From contig NC_087472.1 of the NCBI RefSeq assembly GCF_036321535.1, positions 94,056,001 through 94,120,000 on the forward strand: a stretch of DNA of 64,000 bases, in the 5' to 3' direction. The notes below the pieces were generated by a model. The model saw only the letters and a list, made by a program, of their open reading frames with translations, was not told the origin of the DNA and made no database searches. Origin of the DNA: Camelus dromedarius. Its lineage: Eukaryota. The translations under genes were made by a program, and so were the position numbers. Positions 21,101-36,100 of this stretch are shown here, piece by piece (the first letter of the stretch is position 1; each line of letters begins with the position of its first letter).

Positions 21101-24100
21101 AGGTGCGGAAACGTTCCCCGTCTCGCGGTAGAGACACCGAGGGTCAGAAATCGCCTTCGTCAGGCGCGGGGGGAGCAGCCGGGCGAGCTGCGGATGGACA
21201 CGAGACGAACGGACCCAGACGTGTGCTGTTGAAGGCGAGGAAGAGGAGGCTTCCCACCGGATGGAGGTGTGTGGGCTGTGTGTTCCGGGCAGGTGAGGCG
21301 TCTTCTCCCCGGTAAAGCTGAGCGCCAACAGGATGCAGCCGCTGCTGCTTTGTGGAGGCTTCAGGTACATCTCCCCACCACTTGGGGAGGACGCAGAAGG
21401 GCACCGAGCGCCCCAGTAAGTCAGCGTGCTGGGATGTGCGGCGGGGCCGTCACAGCCCGAATCCCTGCCTGGCCCTGGCTTGCTGAAAGCGACAGCTCGG
21501 TTCATGGGAGGGTCTGTCCCCGACGCTCCGGAGTGCCGTCCCGTCGTCAAGCGAGGTGCTCCTCCATCGGGCCCGGGACCTGCCCGAAAGCGGTCAGAAG
21601 GTTTTCGGGGCGATGTTTTCGTCTCCATCCAGAGCTACGGAAAACTTGAGCTGGGACCAGTGCAAAGAAGCCTGGGAGAGGGTTCTCCACGGCAGCAACG
21701 GGCTCCACCCTCATGGCAGCATAAAGGGGTCAGCTTCCCCCCTTGTTGCAAGCCGAGGGCCAGAGGCTTGTGACTTTTGCCCCCGTGTGCCGAGCTCAGC
21801 GGGACGCTCATCGCAGACCCGCTGACTGAGTGAGTGAACTTCCCCCTGTGAGCAAAAGCAGCTCCCCCGGGCCGTTCCCTAGCGCAGAGGTGTTTGCTGC
21901 AAGTTGGGCTCCCCCTACGCAGCGGAGATAGTCCTTCCTCAGAGCTGTCTGTGGTAGGGAGCAGGAGGTCACAGAGCCAGAGGCAGCTGAAGGAAGGCCC
22001 ACCCTTGGCGGTGTCTGCATGCGCAGTGAGCTTCCAGCGAGTGCTGGCAAGAAGGGGCGTTGGCGGCTCTTGGGGTGTCAGAAAGCCCGGGACCAAGAGG
22101 AGAACCTATGGATTCCAAGCAACGCAGTGAGTGTTGTGTGACTTTGACGGGGGGGGGGGGGTGGTCCTCATCCGTTGCCCCTCATCCCGCTTGTGGAAAC
22201 AGGATGGCTGGGGCCTCCTGGACTCCCAGCAGTTAGGATTCCCTACCTGTGAAGTGGTGCTTGTCTGTGCACTTGAGTCCGTGTATTGTGACCTCAATGC
22301 TGCTGTTTTGAGTCCCACCCTCTGACGCCCAGGGATGCAGCCTGAGGGGCCCCCATGAGAAGGAGGACACCATGAGGAGGAAAGCAGCACGGAGAAATCG
22401 GCAAATTGAATCCTGCACATTCCACGGTGTGGCGTCGGGCTGACTTTCAGGAATGCCGGAAGAGCGGGATGGTTCCTGAGAATCTCTCGACCAGGCAGGA
22501 GGTCTGGGCGGGTGGGTGCGACCCCGCCGCTCTAGAGGGTGCCCAGGTCTTGCTGATGAGGAGGCCGCAGTTTGGGAACAACCACTCTCCTGCGTCGCTT
22601 AAGGTCAGCACGTGCCAGGGACCGATTTGCTCTTCTGATGAGCAGGGAGTAAGTTAGCAAAAGCTGCAGAACGTAAAGCAACGGAACAAACCAAACGGTT
22701 CGGGTTTCAGTTGACGGAGGTCTGTCGGGTAAGTCTGGGCCCGTTGGCCCTGTCGGTACTGGCAGTTCAAAGGTGAGGACTGTGTGGCGGACTGCACGGG
22801 TGAGTAAGTGCTGTAGACAGCTCAGTCTCCTTTGAGCACGTTGGCGGGCGACGGAGCGTTGGGCAAGGGAATAATAGTACTGCCAGCTATTCCGTGTGGG
22901 CCGGGACAGGCGCTAAGGGCTTTTGTTTCTCCTGTCCTTTCAGAGTCACCCGTGAGGCAGGTGCGGAAACGTTCCCCGTCTCGCGGTAGAGACACCGAGG
23001 GTCAGAAATCGCCTTCGTCAGGCGCGGGGGGAGCAGCCGGGCGAGCTGCGGATGGACACGAGACGAACGGACCCAGACGTGTGCTGTTGAAGGCGAGGAA
23101 GAGGAGGCTTCCCACCGGATGGAGGTGTGTGGGCTGTGTGTTCCGGGCAGGTGAGGCGTCTTCTCCCCGGTAAAGCTGAGCGCCAACAGGATGCAGCCGC
23201 TGCTGCTTTGTGGAGGCTTCAGGTACATCTCCCCACCACTTGGGGAGGACGCAGAAGGGCACCGAGCGCCCCAGTAAGTCAGCGTGCTGGGATGTGCGGC
23301 GGGGCCGTCACAGCCCGAATCCCTGCCTGGCCCTGGCTTGCTGAAAGCGACAGCTCGGTTCATGGGAGGGTCTGTCCCCGACGCTCCGGAGTGCCGTCCC
23401 GTCGTCAAGCGAGGTGCTCCTCCATCGGGCCCGGGACCTGCCCGAAAGCGGTCAGAAGGTTTTCGGGGCGATGTTTTCGTCTCCATCCAGAGCTACGGAA
23501 AACTTGAGCTGGGACCAGTGCAAAGAAGCCTGGGAGAGGGTTCTCCACGGCAGCAACGGGCTCCACCCTCATGGCAGCATAAAGGGGTCAGCTTCCCCCC
23601 TTGTTGCAAGCCGAGGGCCAGAGGCTTGTGACTTTTGCCCCCGTGTGCCGAGCTCAGCGGGACGCTCATCGCAGACCCGCTGACTGAGTGAGTGAACTTC
23701 CCCCTGTGAGCAAAAGCAGCTCCCCCGGGCCGTTCCCTAGCGCAGAGGTGTTTGCTGCAAGTTGGGCTCCCCCTACGCAGCGGAGATAGTCCTTCCTCAG
23801 AGCTGTCTGTGGTAGGGAGCAGGAGGTCACAGAGCCAGAGGCAGCTGAAGGAAGGCCCACCCTTGGCGGTGTCTGCATGCGCAGTGAGCTTCCAGCGAGT
23901 GCTGGCAAGAAGGGGCGTTGGCGGCTCTTGGGGTGTCAGAAAGCCCGGGACCAAGAGGAGAACCTATGGATTCCAAGCAACGCAGTGAGTGTTGTGTGAC
24001 TTTGACGGGGGGGGGGTGGTCCTCATCCGTTGCCCCTCATCCCGCTTGTGGAAACAGGATGGCTGGGGCCTCCTGGACTCCCAGCAGTTAGGATTCCCTA

Positions 24101-27100
24101 CCTGTGAAGTGGTGCTTGTCTGTGCACTTGAGTCCGTGTATTGTGACCTCAATGCTGCTGTTTTGAGTCCCACCCTCTGACGCCCAGGGATGCAGCCTGA
24201 GGGGCCCCCATGAGAAGGAGGACACCATGAGGAGGAAAGCAGCACGGAGAAATCGGCAAATTGAATCCTGCACATTCCACGGTGTGGCGTCGGGCTGACT
24301 TTCAGGAATGCCGGAAGAGCGGGATGGTTCCTGAGAATCTCTCGACCAGGCAGGAGGTCTGGGCGGGTGGGTGCGACCCCGCCGCTCTAGAGGGTGCCCA
24401 GGTCTTGCTGATGAGGAGGCCGCAGTTTGGGAACAACCACTCTCCTGCGTCGCTTAAGGTCAGCACGTGCCAGGGACCGATTTGCTCTTCTGATGAGCAG
24501 GGAGTAAGTTAGCAAAAGCTGCAGAACGTAAAGCAACGGAACAAACCAAACGGTTCGGGTTTCAGTTGACGGAGGTCTGTCGGGTAAGTCTGGGCCCGTT
24601 GGCCCTGTCGGTACTGGCAGTTCAAAGGTGAGGACTGTGTGGCGGACTGCACGGGTGAGTAAGTGCTGTAGACAGCTCAGTCTCCTTTGAGCACGTTGGC
24701 GGGCGACGGAGCGTTGGGCAAGGGAATAATAGTACTGCCAGCTATTCCGTGTGGGCCGGGACAGGCGCTAAGGGCTTTTGTTTCTCCTGTCCTTTCAGAG
24801 TCACCCGTGAGGCAGGTGCGGAAACGTTCCCCGTCTCGCGGTAGAGACACCGAGGGTCAGAAATCGCCTTCGTCAGGCGCGGGGGGAGCAGCCGGGCGAG
24901 CTGCGGATGGACACGAGACGAACGGACCCAGACGTGTGCTGTTGAAGGCGAGGAAGAGGAGGCTTCCCACCGGATGGAGGTGTGTGGGCTGTGTGTTCCG
25001 GGCAGGTGAGGCGTCTTCTCCCCGGTAAAGCTGAGCGCCAACAGGATGCAGCCGCTGCTGCTTTGTGGAGGCTTCAGGTACATCTCCCCACCACTTGGGG
25101 AGGACGCAGAAGGGCACCGAGCGCCCCAGTAAGTCAGCGTGCTGGGATGTGCGGCGGGGCCGTCACAGCCCGAATCCCTGCCTGGCCCTGGCTTGCTGAA
25201 AGCGACAGCTCGGTTCATGGGAGGGTCTGTCCCCGACGCTCCGGAGTGCCGTCCCGTCGTCAAGCGAGGTGCTCCTCCATCGGGCCCGGGACCTGCCCGA
25301 AAGCGGTCAGAAGGTTTTCGGGGCGATGTTTTCGTCTCCATCCAGAGCTACGGAAAACTTGAGCTGGGACCAGTGCAAAGAAGCCTGGGAGAGGGTTCTC
25401 CACGGCAGCAACGGGCTCCACCCTCATGGCAGCATAAAGGGGTCAGCTTCCCCCCTTGTTGCAAGCCGAGGGCCAGAGGCTTGTGACTTTTGCCCCCGTG
25501 TGCCGAGCTCAGCGGGACGCTCATCGCAGACCCGCTGACTGAGTGAGTGAACTTCCCCCTGTGAGCAAAAGCAGCTCCCCCGGGCCGTTCCCTAGCGCAG
25601 AGGTGTTTGCTGCAAGTTGGGCTCCCCCTACGCAGCGGAGATAGTCCTTCCTCAGAGCTGTCTGTGGTAGGGAGCAGGAGGTCACAGAGCCAGAGGCAGC
25701 TGAAGGAAGGCCCACCCTTGGCGGTGTCTGCATGCGCAGTGAGCTTCCAGCGAGTGCTGGCAAGAAGGGGCGTTGGCGGCTCTTGGGGTGTCAGAAAGCC
25801 CGGGACCAAGAGGAGAACCTATGGATTCCAAGCAACGCAGTGAGTGTTGTGTGACTTTGACGGGGGGGGGGGGGGTGGTCCTCATCCGTTGCCCCTCATC
25901 CCGCTTGTGGAAACAGGATGGCTGGGGCCTCCTGGACTCCCAGCAGTTAGGATTCCCTACCTGTGAAGTGGTGCTTGTCTGTGCACTTGAGTCCGTGTAT
26001 TGTGACCTCAATGCTGCTGTTTTGAGTCCCACCCTCTGACGCCCAGGGATGCAGCCTGAGGGGCCCCCATGAGAAGGAGGACACCATGAGGAGGAAAGCA
26101 GCACGGAGAAATCGGCAAATTGAATCCTGCACATTCCACGGTGTGGCGTCGGGCTGACTTTCAGGAATGCCGGAAGAGCGGGATGGTTCCTGAGAATCTC
26201 TCGACCAGGCAGGAGGTCTGGGCGGGTGGGTGCGACCCCGCCGCTCTAGAGGGTGCCCAGGTCTTGCTGATGAGGAGGCCGCAGTTTGGGAACAACCACT
26301 CTCCTGCGTCGCTTAAGGTCAGCACGTGCCAGGGACCGATTTGCTCTTCTGATGAGCAGGGAGTAAGTTAGCAAAAGCTGCAGAACGTAAAGCAACGGAA
26401 CAAACCAAACGGTTCGGGTTTCAGTTGACGGAGGTCTGTCGGGTAAGTCTGGGCCCGTTGGCCCTGTCGGTACTGGCAGTTCAAAGGTGAGGACTGTGTG
26501 GCGGACTGCACGGGTGAGTAAGTGCTGTAGACAGCTCAGTCTCCTTTGAGCACGTTGGCGGGCGACGGAGCGTTGGGCAAGGGAATAATAGTACTGCCAG
26601 CTATTCCGTGTGGGCCGGGACAGGCGCTAAGGGCTTTTGTTTCTCCTGTCCTTTCAGAGTCACCCGTGAGGCAGGTGCGGAAACGTTCCCCGTCTCGCGG
26701 TAGAGACACCGAGGGTCAGAAATCGCCTTCGTCAGGCGCGGGGGGAGCAGCCGGGCGAGCTGCGGATGGACACGAGACGAACGGACCCAGACGTGTGCTG
26801 TTGAAGGCGAGGAAGAGGAGGCTTCCCACCGGATGGAGGTGTGTGGGCTGTGTGTTCCGGGCAGGTGAGGCGTCTTCTCCCCGGTAAAGCTGAGCGCCAA
26901 CAGGATGCAGCCGCTGCTGCTTTGTGGAGGCTTCAGGTACATCTCCCCACCACTTGGGGAGGACGCAGAAGGGCACCGAGCGCCCCAGTAAGTCAGCGTG
27001 CTGGGATGTGCGGCGGGGCCGTCACAGCCCGAATCCCTGCCTGGCCCTGGCTTGCTGAAAGCGACAGCTCGGTTCATGGGAGGGTCTGTCCCCGACGCTC

Positions 27101-30100
27101 CGGAGTGCCGTCCCGTCGTCAAGCGAGGTGCTCCTCCATCGGGCCCGGGACCTGCCCGAAAGCGGTCAGAAGGTTTTCGGGGCGATGTTTTCGTCTCCAT
27201 CCAGAGCTACGGAAAACTTGAGCTGGGACCAGTGCAAAGAAGCCTGGGAGAGGGTTCTCCACGGCAGCAACGGGCTCCACCCTCATGGCAGCATAAAGGG
27301 GTCAGCTTCCCCCCTTGTTGCAAGCCGAGGGCCAGAGGCTTGTGACTTTTGCCCCCGTGTGCCGAGCTCAGCGGGACGCTCATCGCAGACCCGCTGACTG
27401 AGTGAGTGAACTTCCCCCTGTGAGCAAAAGCAGCTCCCCCGGGCCGTTCCCTAGCGCAGAGGTGTTTGCTGCAAGTTGGGCTCCCCCTACGCAGCGGAGA
27501 TAGTCCTTCCTCAGAGCTGTCTGTGGTAGGGAGCAGGAGGTCACAGAGCCAGAGGCAGCTGAAGGAAGGCCCACCCTTGGCGGTGTCTGCATGCGCAGTG
27601 AGCTTCCAGCGAGTGCTGGCAAGAAGGGGCGTTGGCGGCTCTTGGGGTGTCAGAAAGCCCGGGACCAAGAGGAGAACCTATGGATTCCAAGCAACGCAGT
27701 GAGTGTTGTGTGACTTTGACGGGGGGGGGGGGGGTGGTCCTCATCCGTTGCCCCTCATCCCGCTTGTGGAAACAGGATGGCTGGGGCCTCCTGGACTCCC
27801 AGCAGTTAGGATTCCCTACCTGTGAAGTGGTGCTTGTCTGTGCACTTGAGTCCGTGTATTGTGACCTCAATGCTGCTGTTTTGAGTCCCACCCTCTGACG
27901 CCCAGGGATGCAGCCTGAGGGGCCCCCATGAGAAGGAGGACACCATGAGGAGGAAAGCAGCACGGAGAAATCGGCAAATTGAATCCTGCACATTCCACGG
28001 TGTGGCGTCGGGCTGACTTTCAGGAATGCCGGAAGAGCGGGATGGTTCCTGAGAATCTCTCGACCAGGCAGGAGGTCTGGGCGGGTGGGTGCGACCCCGC
28101 CGCTCTAGAGGGTGCCCAGGTCTTGCTGATGAGGAGGCCGCAGTTTGGGAACAACCACTCTCCTGCGTCGCTTAAGGTCAGCACGTGCCAGGGACCGATT
28201 TGCTCTTCTGATGAGCAGGGAGTAAGTTAGCAAAAGCTGCAGAACGTAAAGCAACGGAACAAACCAAACGGTTCGGGTTTCAGTTGACGGAGGTCTGTCG
28301 GGTAAGTCTGGGCCCGTTGGCCCTGTCGGTACTGGCAGTTCAAAGGTGAGGACTGTGTGGCGGACTGCACGGGTGAGTAAGTGCTGTAGACAGCTCAGTC
28401 TCCTTTGAGCACGTTGGCGGGCGACGGAGCGTTGGGCAAGGGAATAATAGTACTGCCAGCTATTCCGTGTGGGCCGGGACAGGCGCTAAGGGCTTTTGTT
28501 TCTCCTGTCCTTTCAGAGTCACCCGTGAGGCAGGTGCGGAAACGTTCCCCGTCTCGCGGTAGAGACACCGAGGGTCAGAAATCGCCTTCGTCAGGCGCGG
28601 GGGGAGCAGCCGGGCGAGCTGCGGATGGACACGAGACGAACGGACCCAGACGTGTGCTGTTGAAGGCGAGGAAGAGGAGGCTTCCCACCGGATGGAGGTG
28701 TGTGGGCTGTGTGTTCCGGGCAGGTGAGGCGTCTTCTCCCCGGTAAAGCTGAGCGCCAACAGGATGCAGCCGCTGCTGCTTTGTGGAGGCTTCAGGTACA
28801 TCTCCCCACCACTTGGGGAGGACGCAGAAGGGCACCGAGCGCCCCAGTAAGTCAGCGTGCTGGGATGTGCGGCGGGGCCGTCACAGCCCGAATCCCTGCC
28901 TGGCCCTGGCTTGCTGAAAGCGACAGCTCGGTTCATGGGAGGGTCTGTCCCCGACGCTCCGGAGTGCCGTCCCGTCGTCAAGCGAGGTGCTCCTCCATCG
29001 GGCCCGGGACCTGCCCGAAAGCGGTCAGAAGGTTTTCGGGGCGATGTTTTCGTCTCCATCCAGAGCTACGGAAAACTTGAGCTGGGACCAGTGCAAAGAA
29101 GCCTGGGAGAGGGTTCTCCACGGCAGCAACGGGCTCCACCCTCATGGCAGCATAAAGGGGTCAGCTTCCCCCCTTGTTGCAAGCCGAGGGCCAGAGGCTT
29201 GTGACTTTTGCCCCCGTGTGCCGAGCTCAGCGGGACGCTCATCGCAGACCCGCTGACTGAGTGAGTGAACTTCCCCCTGTGAGCAAAAGCAGCTCCCCCG
29301 GGCCGTTCCCTAGCGCAGAGGTGTTTGCTGCAAGTTGGGCTCCCCCTACGCAGCGGAGATAGTCCTTCCTCAGAGCTGTCTGTGGTAGGGAGCAGGAGGT
29401 CACAGAGCCAGAGGCAGCTGAAGGAAGGCCCACCCTTGGCGGTGTCTGCATGCGCAGTGAGCTTCCAGCGAGTGCTGGCAAGAAGGGGCGTTGGCGGCTC
29501 TTGGGGTGTCAGAAAGCCCGGGACCAAGAGGAGAACCTATGGATTCCAAGCAACGCAGTGAGTGTTGTGTGACTTTGACGGGGGGGGGGGGGGTGGTCCT
29601 CATCCGTTGCCCCTCATCCCGCTTGTGGAAACAGGATGGCTGGGGCCTCCTGGACTCCCAGCAGTTAGGATTCCCTACCTGTGAAGTGGTGCTTGTCTGT
29701 GCACTTGAGTCCGTGTATTGTGACCTCAATGCTGCTGTTTTGAGTCCCACCCTCTGACGCCCAGGGATGCAGCCTGAGGGGCCCCCATGAGAAGGAGGAC
29801 ACCATGAGGAGGAAAGCAGCACGGAGAAATCGGCAAATTGAATCCTGCACATTCCACGGTGTGGCGTCGGGCTGACTTTCAGGAATGCCGGAAGAGCGGG
29901 ATGGTTCCTGAGAATCTCTCGACCAGGCAGGAGGTCTGGGCGGGTGGGTGCGACCCCGCCGCTCTAGAGGGTGCCCAGGTCTTGCTGATGAGGAGGCCGC
30001 AGTTTGGGAACAACCACTCTCCTGCGTCGCTTAAGGTCAGCACGTGCCAGGGACCGATTTGCTCTTCTGATGAGCAGGGAGTAAGTTAGCAAAAGCTGCA

Positions 30101-33100
30101 GAACGTAAAGCAACGGAACAAACCAAACGGTTCGGGTTTCAGTTGACGGAGGTCTGTCGGGTAAGTCTGGGCCCGTTGGCCCTGTCGGTACTGGCAGTTC
30201 AAAGGTGAGGACTGTGTGGCGGACTGCACGGGTGAGTAAGTGCTGTAGACAGCTCAGTCTCCTTTGAGCACGTTGGCGGGCGACGGAGCGTTGGGCAAGG
30301 GAATAATAGTACTGCCAGCTATTCCGTGTGGGCCGGGACAGGCGCTAAGGGCTTTTGTTTCTCCTGTCCTTTCAGAGTCACCCGTGAGGCAGGTGCGGAA
30401 ACGTTCCCCGTCTCGCGGTAGAGACACCGAGGGTCAGAAATCGCCTTCGTCAGGCGCGGGGGGAGCAGCCGGGCGAGCTGCGGATGGACACGAGACGAAC
30501 GGACCCAGACGTGTGCTGTTGAAGGCGAGGAAGAGGAGGCTTCCCACCGGATGGAGGTGTGTGGGCTGTGTGTTCCGGGCAGGTGAGGCGTCTTCTCCCC
30601 GGTAAAGCTGAGCGCCAACAGGATGCAGCCGCTGCTGCTTTGTGGAGGCTTCAGGTACATCTCCCCACCACTTGGGGAGGACGCAGAAGGGCACCGAGCG
30701 CCCCAGTAAGTCAGCGTGCTGGGATGTGCGGCGGGGCCGTCACAGCCCGAATCCCTGCCTGGCCCTGGCTTGCTGAAAGCGACAGCTCGGTTCATGGGAG
30801 GGTCTGTCCCCGACGCTCCGGAGTGCCGTCCCGTCGTCAAGCGAGGTGCTCCTCCATCGGGCCCGGGACCTGCCCGAAAGCGGTCAGAAGGTTTTCGGGG
30901 CGATGTTTTCGTCTCCATCCAGAGCTACGGAAAACTTGAGCTGGGACCAGTGCAAAGAAGCCTGGGAGAGGGTTCTCCACGGCAGCAACGGGCTCCACCC
31001 TCATGGCAGCATAAAGGGGTCAGCTTCCCCCCTTGTTGCAAGCCGAGGGCCAGAGGCTTGTGACTTTTGCCCCCGTGTGCCGAGCTCAGCGGGACGCTCA
31101 TCGCAGACCCGCTGACTGAGTGAGTGAACTTCCCCCTGTGAGCAAAAGCAGCTCCCCCGGGCCGTTCCCTAGCGCAGAGGTGTTTGCTGCAAGTTGGGCT
31201 CCCCCTACGCAGCGGAGATAGTCCTTCCTCAGAGCTGTCTGTGGTAGGGAGCAGGAGGTCACAGAGCCAGAGGCAGCTGAAGGAAGGCCCACCCTTGGCG
31301 GTGTCTGCATGCGCAGTGAGCTTCCAGCGAGTGCTGGCAAGAAGGGGCGTTGGCGGCTCTTGGGGTGTCAGAAAGCCCGGGACCAAGAGGAGAACCTATG
31401 GATTCCAAGCAACGCAGTGAGTGTTGTGTGACTTTGACGGGGGGGGGGGGGGTGGTCCTCATCCGTTGCCCCTCATCCCGCTTGTGGAAACAGGATGGCT
31501 GGGGCCTCCTGGACTCCCAGCAGTTAGGATTCCCTACCTGTGAAGTGGTGCTTGTCTGTGCACTTGAGTCCGTGTATTGTGACCTCAATGCTGCTGTTTT
31601 GAGTCCCACCCTCTGACGCCCAGGGATGCAGCCTGAGGGGCCCCCATGAGAAGGAGGACACCATGAGGAGGAAAGCAGCACGGAGAAATCGGCAAATTGA
31701 ATCCTGCACATTCCACGGTGTGGCGTCGGGCTGACTTTCAGGAATGCCGGAAGAGCGGGATGGTTCCTGAGAATCTCTCGACCAGGCAGGAGGTCTGGGC
31801 GGGTGGGTGCGACCCCGCCGCTCTAGAGGGTGCCCAGGTCTTGCTGATGAGGAGGCCGCAGTTTGGGAACAACCACTCTCCTGCGTCGCTTAAGGTCAGC
31901 ACGTGCCAGGGACCGATTTGCTCTTCTGATGAGCAGGGAGTAAGTTAGCAAAAGCTGCAGAACGTAAAGCAACGGAACAAACCAAACGGTTCGGGTTTCA
32001 GTTGACGGAGGTCTGTCGGGTAAGTCTGGGCCCGTTGGCCCTGTCGGTACTGGCAGTTCAAAGGTGAGGACTGTGTGGCGGACTGCACGGGTGAGTAAGT
32101 GCTGTAGACAGCTCAGTCTCCTTTGAGCACGTTGGCGGGCGACGGAGCGTTGGGCAAGGGAATAATAGTACTGCCAGCTATTCCGTGTGGGCCGGGACAG
32201 GCGCTAAGGGCTTTTGTTTCTCCTGTCCTTTCAGAGTCACCCGTGAGGCAGGTGCGGAAACGTTCCCCGTCTCGCGGTAGAGACACCGAGGGTCAGAAAT
32301 CGCCTTCGTCAGGCGCGGGGGGAGCAGCCGGGCGAGCTGCGGATGGACACGAGACGAACGGACCCAGACGTGTGCTGTTGAAGGCGAGGAAGAGGAGGCT
32401 TCCCACCGGATGGAGGTGTGTGGGCTGTGTGTTCCGGGCAGGTGAGGCGTCTTCTCCCCGGTAAAGCTGAGCGCCAACAGGATGCAGCCGCTGCTGCTTT
32501 GTGGAGGCTTCAGGTACATCTCCCCACCACTTGGGGAGGACGCAGAAGGGCACCGAGCGCCCCAGTAAGTCAGCGTGCTGGGATGTGCGGCGGGGCCGTC
32601 ACAGCCCGAATCCCTGCCTGGCCCTGGCTTGCTGAAAGCGACAGCTCGGTTCATGGGAGGGTCTGTCCCCGACGCTCCGGAGTGCCGTCCCGTCGTCAAG
32701 CGAGGTGCTCCTCCATCGGGCCCGGGACCTGCCCGAAAGCGGTCAGAAGGTTTTCGGGGCGATGTTTTCGTCTCCATCCAGAGCTACGGAAAACTTGAGC
32801 TGGGACCAGTGCAAAGAAGCCTGGGAGAGGGTTCTCCACGGCAGCAACGGGCTCCACCCTCATGGCAGCATAAAGGGGTCAGCTTCCCCCCTTGTTGCAA
32901 GCCGAGGGCCAGAGGCTTGTGACTTTTGCCCCCGTGTGCCGAGCTCAGCGGGACGCTCATCGCAGACCCGCTGACTGAGTGAGTGAACTTCCCCCTGTGA
33001 GCAAAAGCAGCTCCCCCGGGCCGTTCCCTAGCGCAGAGGTGTTTGCTGCAAGTTGGGCTCCCCCTACGCAGCGGAGATAGTCCTTCCTCAGAGCTGTCTG

Positions 33101-36100
33101 TGGTAGGGAGCAGGAGGTCACAGAGCCAGAGGCAGCTGAAGGAAGGCCCACCCTTGGCGGTGTCTGCATGCGCAGTGAGCTTCCAGCGAGTGCTGGCAAG
33201 AAGGGGCGTTGGCGGCTCTTGGGGTGTCAGAAAGCCCGGGACCAAGAGGAGAACCTATGGATTCCAAGCAACGCAGTGAGTGTTGTGTGACTTTGACGGG
33301 GGGGGGGGGGTGGTCCTCATCCGTTGCCCCTCATCCCGCTTGTGGAAACAGGATGGCTGGGGCCTCCTGGACTCCCAGCAGTTAGGATTCCCTACCTGTG
33401 AAGTGGTGCTTGTCTGTGCACTTGAGTCCGTGTATTGTGACCTCAATGCTGCTGTTTTGAGTCCCACCCTCTGATGCCCAGGGATGCAGCCTGAGGGGCC
33501 CCCATGAGAAGGAGGACACCATGAGGAGGAAAGCAGCACGGAGAAATCGGCAAATTGAATCCTGCACATTCCACGGTGTGGCGTCGGGCTGACTTTCAGG
33601 AATGCCGGAAGAGCGGGATGGTTCCTGAGAATCTCTCGACCAGGCAGGAGGTCTGGGCGGGTGGGTGCGACCCCGCCGCTCTAGAGGGTGCCCAGGTCTT
33701 GCTGATGAGGAGGCCGCAGTTTGGGAACAACCACTCTCCTGCGTCGCTTAAGGTCAGCACGTGCCAGGGACCGATTTGCTCTTCTGATGAGCAGGGAGTA
33801 AGTTAGCAAAAGCTGCAGAACGTAAAGCAACGGAACAAACCAAACGGTTCGGGTTTCAGTTGACGGAGGTCTGTCGGGTAAGTCTGGGCCCGTTGGCCCT
33901 GTCGGTACTGGCAGTTCAAAGGTGAGGACTGTGTGGCGGACTGCACGGGTGAGTAAGTGCTGTAGACAGCTCAGTCTCCTTTGAGCACGTTGGCGGGCGA
34001 CGGAGCGTTGGGCAAGGGAATAATAGTACTGCCAGCTATTCCGTGTGGGCCGGGACAGGCGCTAAGGGCTTTTGTTTCTCCTGTCCTTTCAGAGTCACCC
34101 GTGAGGCAGGTGCGGAAACGTTCCCCGTCTCGCGGTAGAGACACCGAGGGTCAGAAATCGCCTTCGTCAGGCGCGGGGGGAGCAGCCGGGCGAGCTGCGG
34201 ATGGACACGAGACGAACGGACCCAGACGTGTGCTGTTGAAGGCGAGGAAGAGGAGGCTTCCCACCGGATGGAGGTGTGTGGGCTGTGTGTTCCGGGCAGG
34301 TGAGGCGTCTTCTCCCCGGTAAAGCTGAGCGCCAACAGGATGCAGCCGCTGCTGCTTTGTGGAGGCTTCAGGTACATCTCCCCACCACTTGGGGAGGACG
34401 CAGAAGGGCACCGAGCGCCCCAGTAAGTCAGCGTGCTGGGATGTGCGGCGGGGCCGTCACAGCCCGAATCCCTGCCTGGCCCTGGCTTGCTGAAAGCGAC
34501 AGCTCGGTTCATGGGAGGGTCTGTCCCCGACGCTCCGGAGTGCCGTCCCGTCGTCAAGCGAGGTGCTCCTCCATCGGGCCCGGGACCTGCCCGAAAGCGG
34601 TCAGAAGGTTTTCGGGGCGATGTTTTCGTCTCCATCCAGAGCTACGGAAAACTTGAGCTGGGACCAGTGCAAAGAAGCCTGGGAGAGGGTTCTCCACGGC
34701 AGCAACGGGCTCCACCCTCATGGCAGCATAAAGGGGTCAGCTTCCCCCCTTGTTGCAAGCCGAGGGCCAGAGGCTTGTGACTTTTGCCCCCGTGTGCCGA
34801 GCTCAGCGGGACGCTCATCGCAGACCCGCTGACTGAGTGAGTGAACTTCCCCCTGTGAGCAAAAGCAGCTCCCCCGGGCCGTTCCCTAGCGCAGAGGTGT
34901 TTGCTGCAAGTTGGGCTCCCCCTACGCAGCGGAGATAGTCCTTCCTCAGAGCTGTCTGTGGTAGGGAGCAGGAGGTCACAGAGCCAGAGGCAGCTGAAGG
35001 AAGGCCCACCCTTGGCGGTGTCTGCATGCGCAGTGAGCTTCCAGCGAGTGCTGGCAAGAAGGGGCGTTGGCGGCTCTTGGGGTGTCAGAAAGCCCGGGAC
35101 CAAGAGGAGAACCTATGGATTCCAAGCAACGCAGTGAGTGTTGTGTGACTTTGACGGGGGGGGGGGGTGGTCCTCATCCGTTGCCCCTCATCCCGCTTGT
35201 GGAAACAGGATGGCTGGGGCCTCCTGGACTCCCAGCAGTTAGGATTCCCTACCTGTGAAGTGGTGCTTGTCTGTGCACTTGAGTCCGTGTATTGTGACCT
35301 CAATGCTGCTGTTTTGAGTCCCACCCTCTGACGCCCAGGGATGCAGCCTGAGGGGCCCCCATGAGAAGGAGGACACCATGAGGAGGAAAGCAGCACGGAG
35401 AAATCGGCAAATTGAATCCTGCACATTCCACGGTGTGGCGTCGGGCTGACTTTCAGGAATGCCGGAAGAGCGGGATGGTTCCTGAGAATCTCTCGACCAG
35501 GCAGGAGGTCTGGGCGGGTGGGTGCGACCCCGCCGCTCTAGAGGGTGCCCAGGTCTTGCTGATGAGGAGGCCGCAGTTTGGGAACAACCACTCTCCTGCG
35601 TCGCTTAAGGTCAGCACGTGCCAGGGACCGATTTGCTCTTCTGATGAGCAGGGAGTAAGTTAGCAAAAGCTGCAGAACGTAAAGCAACGGAACAAACCAA
35701 ACGGTTCGGGTTTCAGTTGACGGAGGTCTGTCGGGTAAGTCTGGGCCCGTTGGCCCTGTCGGTACTGGCAGTTCAAAGGTGAGGACTGTGTGGCGGACTG
35801 CACGGGTGAGTAAGTGCTGTAGACAGCTCAGTCTCCTTTGAGCACGTTGGCGGGCGACGGAGCGTTGGGCAAGGGAATAATAGTACTGCCAGCTATTCCG
35901 TGTGGGCCGGGACAGGCGCTAAGGGCTTTTGTTTCTCCTGTCCTTTCAGAGTCACCCGTGAGGCAGGTGCGGAAACGTTCCCCGTCTCGCGGTAGAGACA
36001 CCGAGGGTCAGAAATCGCCTTCGTCAGGCGCGGGGGGAGCAGCCGGGCGAGCTGCGGATGGACACGAGACGAACGGACCCAGACGTGTGCTGTTGAAGGC